From the NCBI GenBank assembly GCA_051362555.1, contig CM120645.1:24084934-24148933 (forward strand): DNA of 64,000 nucleotides. Direction: 5' to 3'. A program made the translations under genes and the position numbers. The stretch is from Lingula anatina (taxonomy: Eukaryota > Animalia > Brachiopoda). The notes under the pieces are model-generated. The model was not told the DNA's origin and ran no database searches. It saw only the letters and a list, made by a program, of their open reading frames with translations. Below are positions 18,308 through 35,134 of the stretch, piece after piece (position 1 is the first letter of the stretch; the number at the start of each line of letters is the position of its first letter).

Positions 18308-20502
18308 ATGGCATCGGGGGCTGCGACTGCTACTGTGTTTTACAAAGCGATTGAGAAAGTTCTAAAAGGTTGGACTGCATTTCAGGTAAGAAATGTAGCA
18401 GATCACTTTCAGACGAGCACGTGACAAGGTATTTGTTATTTGAAGAGCACTATTAGTTCTCGAATTCAGTGTGTGTGTGTGTCACTGTGTGTGTGTGTGT
18501 GCGTATGTTGTTGTTGTTTTTTGAGGGGAAAGGTTGTCTCTGTGTGTGAGGCCAAAATTTCTTGATTAATTTACCCCAGGTAAGTCTGGGGAAGAGTAAG
18601 GCCACACACTGTGGCAAAGCGTCACTGTCACCACTGTACGTGTCAGTAGTCAAGCTCATTGGCAATACTATATGTACGCCTTGGATTATTTTAGATAAGA
18701 TTTTTGAAAATCTCTTAGATTTCGATGCACATTGTGTTATTTCAGCTTGCAGTAAGTCATGGGTTTGGTGGTGCACACACACAGGAGAAGGCAGTATGGT
18801 TGGTTGGTGCTGTGGAACAATGGTTTACTGAGAATGGTAGCGATTAAATTTCTTTAGTGTAATTTAACTTACACATTCACAGTAAAATAAACATAGATGG
18901 ACAAGTTTAGATAACCGTAGTAGCAGTAAATAGATTTCAGCATCTTATTTTTGAAAAAAAAATGCATACAACATATAGATACAAATATCAAAATAAAGTG
19001 GTAAGAACTAACTTAAACTTATGATATACATATAAGCACTTGTAGGTTTTTGACAAAGAGTAATATTTGTTCATTTTTGTTGAAATAATTTGAATGACAC
19101 ACTTATTAGACAATTTATTGTTATTAGTTCAGTGAGTAAATGTATGTACATATTATTAGTTCAGTGAGTTAATGTATGTAAATGTATGTAAATGTATGTA
19201 CATATTTTGTTTGATTTCAGATGACATAGAACCATGGGAATTGTCAGACTTCTTTGAAGACATTATGAGCACTGAATTTGACACAGTGATTGATGACAAC
19301 AGCTTACTTGTGGTGAGTTGGTTGCCATTAAAAGGTCAGTTACTTTAACCATGTGAAGTGTATTTAAATCATTGTGTATTTAAATCATTGTAGACTATTA
19401 TTTTTAGCAGCCAGGTATGGTATCCCAGGATGAAACAATATAATGATAATTTATTCATAAATTTTAGGGTTTAGGTTTTAACATGTTAAACTTAATGTGA
19501 TTAGTGTTTCTGGTTTATTTATATATTATAGATTTGTAAATTAGTCACTAATGAACAGTGAAATGTTATTGCTTTCAGGTTTCAAAAGCAATATGCCAAT
19601 TCTACGCCCTCTGCAAGCAAGGGAAAGAGGCAGAGGTTTTAGCAGATGTTGAAAAGATACCGACTGCTTCTCTGCAAAACTGTGTGGTGGCCCAGGATGA
19701 GGATGAGGTAGGAAATACAGGGTTGAAAAATGCTTTTTTCTTAACATAATAACAAAGAAACAATTGTTTAAATATCTTAACTTTTATATGATGAGTTACT
19801 TGCCACTTTTGTTCAACAGATTATTTGCCACATATTTTCTTTTTTTTGTGTGTGAATTATATCTTCAATCATTTCCACCACAATAATATCATGAGGTAAA
19901 ATGTAAAAGATGACAAGCACAACTGCAAAGCTTTTCTTGGTAATTTTAATCAAGACAAATACAGTTAAGTATTTTTCTGTATGATTCTGTTATAAAGGAT
20001 GATGAGGAGGAGGAGGAGGAGGAGGTACCCCGTCTATCCCAGGGTGGTGCCAGCAGATTACAGCCAGAACCCATGGACCACCAGTCTGCTACAGAGGGAG
20101 CCACTGGCTGTGATAATACTACCACCGAGAACAGTGACACAAAGACGGGTAAGAAATGGGAGAATGACATGGGGAAAAATAAGAAACATACAATTGTTAT
20201 ATATAAATTTTTTAGATTCTTGGTTCCTCAGTTATAAGATATTAGTTTATGTGCTGATATATTTATACCAAAGAAAGATATTAATATGTATGAATAAAGC
20301 ATCAGGTTGTTGAAAAATGAATGATTAGATTTAATGGCAAGTGATGAAAATTACTATGCACTCCTTATTTCAAATTGTTTTTCAATTCCATTGTATTAAT
20401 TGGAAAAATCCTTTGTTTGCAGAAGACCAGTCCAGTTCACAAGATGCAGAAATGGAGGAGGAATGGACTACAGTTACATCAAAGAAAAAGAAAAAGAGAT
20501 AG
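18308..20502 (+). CDS. TSR2: Pre-rRNA-processing protein TSR2 homolog, 6 exons
   Basis: [26 protein letters not shown] | [27 protein letters not shown] | ..[23 protein letters not shown] | VSKAICQFY.. | acidic exon | [14 protein letters not shown]-stop. Matches the WGG-type domain and the C-terminal WTTV+basic motif of TSR2. Confidence 0.9.
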
Positions 20503-21736
20503 CAAATGCTTCAATTTTTTAAATCCTAAGCTATCTTTTCTTTTACAAAATCTCAGTTTAATTGGAGTTCTCCAAATGGAAGATATTTTGGTGTCCTGAA
20601 AGCCTGTGTAAAATCACACAGATTGTTGATATCGCCTATCAGCATTGCAGCAGTGATGGATTAGTTGTTCATAGACAAGCTGGTTTGACCCAAAAAAATA
20701 ATTCTGAAGGAAAAATTCAGGGATGTCAGTTAATTCCTAACAGAAGAATCCACTAGTGACTAGAATGAGAGCTTTGTTTGGTTAGAAAGGCCCTAGTGCA
20801 AATGTGGTCTGTATTTGCTCTTTGTGCAATATTAAGGCAGATATGAAAAGGATATTTCATCAAGTAATAATATTTTCATTTCAGATATTGGATTAAATTG
20901 GACTACAGTATCTTGAACTGACAAAATCAGTAGTGTTATATGTTTTTATAACTATTGTCACTTTTAGTTATAAGGAAAATGAGTAGAAAAAGAACATCAA
21001 GAAGTCAAAACCTGAATTTAATGTCAAATATTTATTTTGTTGTCACTTTTACCAGCTTAAAATTTACATACATATGTTACATACACAATAAAGAGTAGCA
21101 ACTTGCTACTAATTAAATACTTTGAACATTGTAACCTTTTTTCTTCACAACTAAGCTGCAGTGTCAATAATAATTCAAATTAAAAATCTTTAAGTCTAAT
21201 CTTAAATCTTTCAAGCCTCTGTAATGAATACTACCATCATCAGCACATTACATACAGCAAATAGCTTTAAAACTTGGCATCTTGCAATATCGCCCTTGGA
21301 ATGCTGCCTAAGTCATCCGCCATCTTGAGAACAAACGTGGCGGCCACCAAGACTGAGTGACTGTCACAGGCATTATGAATGGTGGGCAGAATGGTTGAAT
21401 GTCTCTTCCTCTTGACAGAGAGAGCAAAAGAATTTGTAAACTTGGCATACAATACTGTCCCATTAATGGTACAGTGCATATAAATATCAATATTGCAGCT
21501 TTCTCCATTTTACTTCCTACTTTTCAATTCTACAAATTCTCCCTGAGCAGCTTGCAAAAACACTTCCAGTTGTTTACCTTAAATAGTTCACACACAAAGT
21601 CAACACCAACAAGTATTTTTGCAGGGTGCTTGCAAAGAGCAGTCTTTTCCATTATCCAGGTCTTTTTTTTTTAAACGTATAAAATGCAGTATTAAGTCCT
21701 TGAATCATGTGCCTATGTCTCTTCTGTAAGAGAAGA

Positions 21737-27596
<5,860 letters not shown>

Positions 27597-27689
27597 TTTG
27601 ATGTGTTTTTGAGTATCTGATCAACCCTCTCAGATCTTTCTTAAAAGAGGTACCCAAGAAAGCCTTCGAGGAACTTGTCGGCCCAGCTG

Positions 27690-27740
27690 AAACACAAAAT
27701 ATGGCCGATGTGGAAAGGCTGTCACGTGACCGCAGCGACC
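27690..27740. promoter_or_regulatory. SEC61A proximal promoter motifs
   Basis: Palindrome GTCACGTGAC at 27721-27730 and a YY1-like AAAATATGGCCG, ~100-130 bp upstream of the ATG. Confidence 0.45.
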
Positions 27741-28537
27741 CAGATAATTGCTATTGAATCAAACTTAAATTTCAAAGAATACAGGGTCAGTTTTGATATA
27801 TTTGAAAATGATTTTTCTCTTGTCAAATTAGTGTTGTAAAAATAGTTTAAAAAATAGTTCAATGAAATAAAATAAGACGTCACGAGACTGATGGGACTTG
27901 TGATGTCACAACACCGGTGTCAAACATCTGCGCATGTGCATCATCTGCGTTTTTACAAGTGCTTGAACAAGACTATTTAATTTTATTTAAAAACTGGTTT
28001 TGTATCAAAAAGAAACAGTTGTGCGATCCTCGATACTGTATATTTTTATACAGATATGCATAATTCCACCTAATTTGTTTGAATCATAACACTTGTATAT
28101 TCACTGGCAAGAAATGAACATAAATACTGGCTTGCTACGCGCCGTGGTATGGTCAATATAACACGGTAAAGGGGGGCAATTTTAAATTAGCGGGTTCAGT
28201 GATTATAAATGGCATTGGAAAATTGTCTTGCTATGTCTCAATATTGTTTTTGGGGACCGAAAGGAGCAGAAAGAGGGGGGGGGGGGCAGCAAGATTAGAG
28301 GACAACTGCGGGATTTACCCGCCATGGATTTGCCCGGGGAAATTGAAGTTAAACGAGACTTAGGCCTACCTTTAAGATGAAGTTTGATGGAGATTCTATC
28401 GACTACCAGTCAGGAACGAAGGAATCAGAATCAGAAGTTTATTGACAATCGCCCTACATCCGGGCATGATAAAACACAAATATAAGAAGTAATCCGCAGA
28501 GTGATTCCCGAAACGGTTAGATAGGCTATAGGCCTAC

Positions 28538-28620
28538 ATATTATAATCTCTAAACTAATGCAGGGAAAGTAGGCCTACTACACAATATAGGTCAATAGAC
28601 CTATAGGGCCTATAGGCATC

Positions 28621-28659
<39 letters not shown>

Positions 28660-28750
28660 AATAATAATAATTATAATCTCTAAACTAATACAGGGAAAGT
28701 AGGCCTACTATAGGCCTACAATATAGGTCAATAGGCCTATATAGGCATCA

Positions 28751-28788
<38 letters not shown>

Positions 28789-28818
28789 ACAAAAATAAAT
28801 AAATAAATAATAATAATT
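28538..28818. repeat. ~130-bp tandem duplication containing (CA)n and (AAT)n
   Basis: TTATAATCTCTAAACTAAT.CAGGGAAAGTAGGCCTACTA..TAGGCATCA(CA)n occurs twice. Confidence 0.85.
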
Positions 28819-29767
28819 CAACTAGAATAGGCTACACTAAACCTTATATTAAACTAACTATTATTTTAGGGGGATATTAGAACTGCATCGTCAGTTTATC
28901 TAGGTTTTATTCAGCATAGATGCAATTTTCATATCCCTAGCTTTAAAACAATCATCAAGAAAGGAATAACATGAGATGGGGAAGCCCACCCGTTGATCAG
29001 TGGTAAGCTAGTGTAGACGTATTTTTCATATATTGCAATTGTAATCATTGTTTCTTTGATTCATGATGGATGATAACAAAACAGAGGATAAGATTAACAG
29101 TAAAACTTCATTAAATCAGGAAAGTAGGCCTATAGCCTACTTCATTTTGTGATATCACTCAATGATGACATGGCTTCAATGACATCCGCTATTGCAAGCT
29201 TGGGTCATACTTTCAAAACATTTAGGCTACCTATACCTTTATGCTTGGATTTGGATTTGATAGTTTAAAATAACTGGTCATCCATTATAACTAGGGACTA
29301 AGATAAGATGAAATACAAACATCAGGTACGCTGCATAAAAAAAAAAAAAAATAATAATAATAATAAGGTGTAGGGTATGTAGGATTTCATAAGAAGCGGT
29401 GGATTGCAAAAATGAACATTTACAGGATTTTCAAATCCATGTACATGTAGTGTACCTTTAATCAAAAGGCACATACACTTCCGATATCAATAAAGTTAAT
29501 GAAGCCATTCCCACATTTAAAGTTAGTCCCTGTCTTTTTTCCCTAAAAAGTCTGGTTTTCCGTAATACTGGTATTCTCTTAAGAGATTATTACAGTGTAG
29601 TGTAGCCACCTATGGAGGTCACGTGATGTGATGGCAAGCACACATTTTAGAATAATTGCGTTAATCACCGTTTTTGGTGGTAAAGTGGAACCTATTATAT
29701 TTCTCTGAGCTGTTCACAATGCATTTATTGTGAAATATTGATAACTTACGGACAGTTTTTATCCCTT

Positions 29768-30905
29768 TAAGGCTACCATGGATATTGCGTAAACCTGCTG
29801 ATAAATGTTGAAACGCAAACAATTAAAGTCTTTAACTAACTATCAGACAATTCCGCCGGACCACTCAGTGTTGCCAGGCGTCAAATAATACTGTGACACT
29901 TAATTTGCCGTCGGGTTAATGCCTTCTTCGTTACACTAATATTTTATTAACAAGTTTGAAGCAGATCAATATTTTCGCCAGCTGCACAGGTCTACCCACA
30001 ACCCCTGCGCAAAAGAAGGTTAAGGTCAGATATCACTAAATGAAACTGTAGGCCTACTGTACTTTAAGAGGTCGAATGTGGAAATGCACATATGTAAATT
30101 CCCTATATGCCTCTGGCGCATGTTATTTACACGTGATACATCCATGGGGCTTCAGGGTTCAAACTGATACTCAGAGGACATCAGGTGTCATTACGTTACT
30201 GTTCAGAGATGGTGAAATTTCCACGAGAAAATTGTTTTGTTGTGTTTGTTATACTGTTTTGGGGATGGAAGTGGGCAGAAATGAACACTTCTGTACTTTG
30301 AAGCTAAAGAAGGCTTGTCGTCGTGTTTATGTACCACCCTTCCCTCGCATTTCTCTTTGCACTTTAAAACTAAGTTTTCAAAAATTGTGCCGTTCATCGT
30401 ATTAAAACACGCGCTAGATTAATCACAGAATGAATACAGATCCGAAATAAACAAAATTAAAACACGAAAGATATCTGCCACACGGAGGACAGCTTTCATA
30501 TTCGTCCTCGCATAAGCTGTGCTTGCCACGAATATTCACGGATATTACAGTGTATACGTAAACCTGGCGGTCGATTTAATTGATAACATACTATTGAAAC
30601 CGAAACCATTTAGGGTTAAGGCTGGCCTACCATGGCTATTGCATAACCTGGTGATCGGTTTGTCTGATAAATCTGCAATTTAATGGGCAAAATGTTGAAA
30701 CGCAAACAGATAAAGTCTTTAACTAACTGAATCAGACTATAAGTTCAGTCCCGTAACACAGTGTTTCCAAGTGTCACATATCGTCTTCAATAATTAAACA
30801 TCCTACCATCATGTCAAAAATTTCTTCCAAAGGCTTATATAATATTAACATGTTTGCGGTATATTTTCAAAAGCTGGGTCTACACACGAATCCCTGCATC
30901 AAAAA
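29768..30905 (+). repeat. Diverged direct duplication (~240 bp) at 29768-30012 and 30617-30905
   Basis: Shared CTACCATGG.TATTGC, AAATGTTGAAACGCAAACA.TAAAGTCTTTAACTAACT and GGTCTAC.CAC blocks. Confidence 0.7.
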
Positions 30906-31621
30906 AGTATAGAAATAATAATGGCTGGGATAATTTTTCCTACGGTATGCTGAAAGAAAGCATAAGACCGAGAACAGTAGAATCACCGAAATTAGTTCTT
31001 CATGTATAAGAAGTGTTAATGGGACATCGGACTTTGGAATATATATATAGAAGTATTATTGCTTAAAAGATTATTGAAAAATACTATCACTGTTAGTATT
31101 ACTTACAGAAAGCATATATGACCAATAAGAAGAGAAACGACGAAATACACTGAAAACATTAGGGTCATCAAAGAGGTTTACCTAAAACGAGGACCCAGGT
31201 AGTTAAAATCTGTATTTGATGGTCTTGCAGGGCCATCATATCCAACCTGATGATTACCCTTGGTAGTCATTTGATTACTTGGGTTGTCAAATTACATGTA
31301 GGTTGATGCATTCATGTAGTTTGGGAGGAGATAAGTAGTGCTTGCAACCTTCATTTACCATTGGCCTGCGTACAATATTGCGTATAATATTAGTGAGAGT
31401 GAGAGTGTTGCATTAAGTATTGTGTAATGTTACCCAATACTTCAATGTAATTCTAGTGGCACAGGAAAGCTGAAACAAGATTTAGCATGAATTACTAAGT
31501 GTCTGAAACCAAATTTTCCTGTAAAAACTGCAACGCTCCAAAACTGAACCACAACAAACACTGCTGCAAAGTGAATGGCGTCCGCCTGTCGTGCGGTACG
31601 CACTTCACCGAACAACCCACT

Positions 31622-31807
31622 TACCAAGAGAGCAGTGGTCCAACATTTGTCCAACGCATGGTTGGTTGTACGACCAATGATGGCCCAACGTATGGTTGCT
31701 TATAGACACAACGTTGTACAGGCATTGGCCCAATGACATTTGCTCAACTATAGGCATTGGGCCAACATCATACTGCCGACGTTCTGCGTTGTATACCCTA
31801 CTGGGTA
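31622..31807. mobile_element. Degenerate TA-CCCAG...CTGGG-TA type MITE with internal CCAAC/GTTG repeats
   Basis: TACCAAGAG at the left end, CTGGGTA at the right end, and many CCAAC/ACGTTG motifs. Confidence 0.4.
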
Positions 31808-32963
31808 ATGAGATCGGTTGAAATGATGCCCATTTGCTTTCAGTGTAAGTTCCTATTGTATAAGAAGTGTTAATAAAAAATCGAAATTTAGAAGATGAAT
31901 ATATACTTTTACTACTGCTTCTACTATTTAATAATAATGATAATAATAATATTTATTTATTTATTCAGAGTCTAAAACCCATAAAATATATTTTGCAGTT
32001 ACTACAAATTAAACACAGAATTTAAGAATTATTTTATATTAAAAGCAATGTATTAAAGTATTAAAAAAAAGAGAAAATGTCCAATTTTAACATTCTGTAT
32101 TAAAGCTAAATAGAAAAGTGTCCAATTATGATGTTTTGTTAAGTATGAAATGGTCAAACATAAAACATTTTACGAAGATACATTTTTAGAGCTTTAAAAA
32201 AATCGTCTACTGAGCTTAAATTTCTTAGTTCTGATGGTAACTGATTCTGTTCAAGCGGGGCCGTATATTCAGTACTTCTGCTATCAGTACTATTTCTGTT
32301 TCAACTACTACATCTACTACTACTACTATGATAAAAAATAATAAGCACACACCACTAGTTAAATTTCAATAGTTTCAGCATGGCTGTCTTTGAAGGAAAC
32401 TGCAATTAACCGTCTTCAGCTTTGACTTAATTATAAATTTTTAATCTGTTGAGCTTTGCCTCACGTCAATCAAACGTCAAATGGTCTTTAAAAATGTAAC
32501 TTGACGTGTGCAAAACGTTCATCTGAAGCATTATAAAGGCACCATCAATCAAATCATTTTAACAGAAAGGCTGGGGATATTTCAGTTTTTCGAGGAGTCC
32601 AGTTCCTACCAATAAATACTGCTGCCTTCTACTTGTGCGGACCAAAGTTGTAAGTACAGTATTTAACTAAGTAATTCAGTAGTGCGCTTGTCGAGAAGTT
32701 ATGTATTATTTCTTCCCGAGGCTAAATTAAAAATAATATCAAATTCAATGCTCTGTACGAACCAACCCATAAGTAACATGGGCAGAGGATGCATTTTGGT
32801 TCTTGTTTTCCACAGTTAGTGTGGTTTCTTAAATGGTATTTGAAGCTGATGGGTGCATGGGTAGGTTTCTGAACATTAGGTTGCATCCAAAGAATGTTTG
32901 TAACTGCCATATAAAGCCGGTAGTTAAGTATACGTACCGAGCTTACTAGAAATATCATGATAA

Positions 32964-33325
32964 CAGACATGCTGAAAACTATTCATAATGGTAGGACATT
33001 TGGACCGGCAGTAATGAAAAATTTGCCGGACCGAATGGATTTTTGTCGGGCAAAAATCACCCTATTCGTTTGAGACAGATAGTACCAGTATTATTAGGGT
33101 AGCTTATTTTGTTTGTGAATGTGATAGGTTTAAAATGGAAGTGAAAAAACACTTTGGGTTTTATATAATTTTATTAGTGAAGTATGTCGAATGATGACTG
33201 TAAATTCAAAAGTGCAGTTCTTAAAACTCTTGTCTTTCCTTTGGACCGACCAAGTCCAATTTTTTACCGGTCCAGACAAATTTTGCCGGTCATGACCAAT
33301 CGGACCGACAGTTTCTGCATGTCTG
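32964..33325. mobile_element. hAT-like MITE
   Basis: TIR CAGACATGC(T/A)GAAA; subterminal GGACCG/CGGTCC repeats; flanks TGATAA and TGATAG (possible 6-bp TSD with 1 mismatch). Confidence 0.7.
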
Positions 33326-33532
33326 TGATAGAAACTTCAAGTATAATTAGAGGGTTAAATGAACTTACCGTAGGTGAGTGATATTTGACCTGGATTCCAC
33401 ATCGTCGTCGGTGACAGAATAGGGTTCACATGAGAGATGCGCGCGCAGCTCAGCGTCATATTTCAAAGTAGTTGTAGTGTGGACCACAGAGTGACAGAAA
33501 GGTTCACGGGAAGGGAACTATCCCAGGGTGGG

Positions 33533-33660
33533 ATGTGAACCCTATTCTGTCACCGACGACGATGTGGAATCCAGGTCAAATATCACTCACCTACGGTAAG
33601 TTCATTTAACCCTCTAATTCCACATCACCGTCTAGTGACGTAATAGGCTCCACATGAGAC
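33533..33660. repeat. DIRS internal complementary region (circle-junction copy)
   Basis: 33533-33619 is the exact 87-bp reverse complement of 33345-33431. 33617-33652 matches the reverse complement of 43594-43629. The two parts join through a shared ATT. Confidence 0.93.
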
Positions 33661-33793
33661 GTTCAAAGTGTGGTCCAAACACAACACCTTACAAGGTTTT
33701 TTGAAACCAGCAAATAAAGGCACAAACACTATGTGTTTAAATCAACATGTATTAACTGCAAAGAACAATAAACTTGTTTATCAAACAACTTGT

Positions 33794-33950
33794 AACAGCA
33801 TATTTGATGCACAATAGAAATTCATCTGCACAATTTGCAGGAAACAACTCTAACTGCACAAGTTGCAGTTATAAACAGCATATTTAAATGCTCGAAAGAA
33901 CTTCATCTGCACAATTTGCAGGTAACAACTGTAACTGCACAAGTTGCAGC
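33794..33950. repeat. ~80-bp tandem duplication in the DIRS 3' UTR
   Basis: AACAGCATATTT..TTCATCTGCACAATTTGCAGG.AACAACT.TAACTGCACAAGTTGCAG occurs twice. Confidence 0.8.
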
Positions 33951-34012
33951 TAAAAAAGTAAAATCAAATAAACAGTTTATAAAACATCTCCCTGTAAATC
34001 TGAATGTCCATG

Positions 34013-35134
34013 TCAAACATGTGCACCAGTGCCAGACAAAATCGCATCTGCAAACTGGCCCTGTTGAGTTATTTCTTTATCGTAATATTTAGCAAATGTG
34101 CAATCTTTAGACCAGCCTGCCGTCTTCAAAATAGTGTCTAATGGCACTTTAGCAAGTTTTGCTTGTGAAGATGCTGCACTACGTGTGCTGTGTGGAGTAA
34201 ATTTCTCCATGTCTATACCAGCCATATTCATAGTTTGCTTAATCCATCTAGATATGGTAGATTTGGCTGCTGCCTTAAATGGCTTTACAGATGTTAAAAA
34301 CAATCTTGTGATATTTCCTCTTAAATGTTTGACACGGTCCATGTATTCCATTAAGACAGTACATAAACATAATCGTCTATCTGGTGCATATGCTGTCACT
34401 GTTATTTCACCAATGTGGTGACCTGGTCTTGACTGCTTCACTAAATCACCAAATCTAAATGTGACTTTAGACTTATTAATTGTGATGTTACGAATGTCAA
34501 TAAGATGCAAGGATTGCGTTCTTTGACCTGTCAATAAAATGGTCAATGTCACTGCTTTCTTGCTCAGTTGTAAAAGATTAAGTTTTTTCACAGGTGAAAG
34601 TTTTTTGAGGTAATTCAAAAGCAAACTTGTGTCCCATATCACATTTTTCCTTGGTAATGCAGGTCTAGAAGTAAAAACTCCTCTCATCAGTCTAACCACA
34701 TGAGGATGAGCACCTGCTGGACACTTATCCACCATAATAAAAGTTGAAAGTGCTGATCTTGCTGTATTAAGAGCAGAATATCCAAGTCCCATATCAAAGC
34801 AATGGGCTAGAAAATTTACAACATCAGTTACATTTGGTGACAGGGTATTAATGTTCCTCTCACTACAATATTGAATCCATCTGGAAATGTAAGATTCGTA
34901 TTGCTTGACAGTTGTATCTCTCCATGAGGACATGACCAATTTGACAGCTGTTGGCGAAAATGCCATGTCTTCGAAACTTTCCCTGACAATACACAAGCCA
35001 TTAGCTGTAACTTTGGAAGATGATTGTCCATGTTTTTGTGTGGGTGCCACAGCAATTCTTGCTTCCTGGGAAGTAAAAAAGGACAAGATATTAACATATG
35101 GCTCAATTTTGAAAACCATACTTGAGTTGTCCAA
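34013..35134 (-). CDS. DIRS tyrosine recombinase
   Basis: 373-aa open frame; SSWRDTTVKQY, LGYSALNTARSALS, TGQR, HSTR, AGWS, FAKYY (R-H-R-W-Y catalytic set). Overlaps the 3' end of pol. Confidence 0.95.
   Translation of the reverse strand: MDNSSMVFKIEPYVNILSFFTSQEARIAVAPTQKHGQSSSKVTANGLCIVRESFEDMAFSPTAVKLVMSSWRDTTVKQYESYISRWIQYCSERNINTLSPNVTDVVNFLAHCFDMGLGYSALNTARSALSTFIMVDKCPAGAHPHVVRLMRGVFTSRPALPRKNVIWDTSLLLNYLKKLSPVKKLNLLQLSKKAVTLTILLTGQRTQSLHLIDIRNITINKSKVTFRFGDLVKQSRPGHHIGEITVTAYAPDRRLCLCTVLMEYMDRVKHLRGNITRLFLTSVKPFKAAAKSTISRWIKQTMNMAGIDMEKFTPHSTRSAASSQAKLAKVPLDTILKTAGWSKDCTFAKYYDKEITQQGQFADAILSGTGAHV

Noticed and set aside
19785-19900. C/D snoRNA in a TSR2 intron (ATGATGA at ~19788)
   Set aside because: No matching CTGA D box or terminal stem found.
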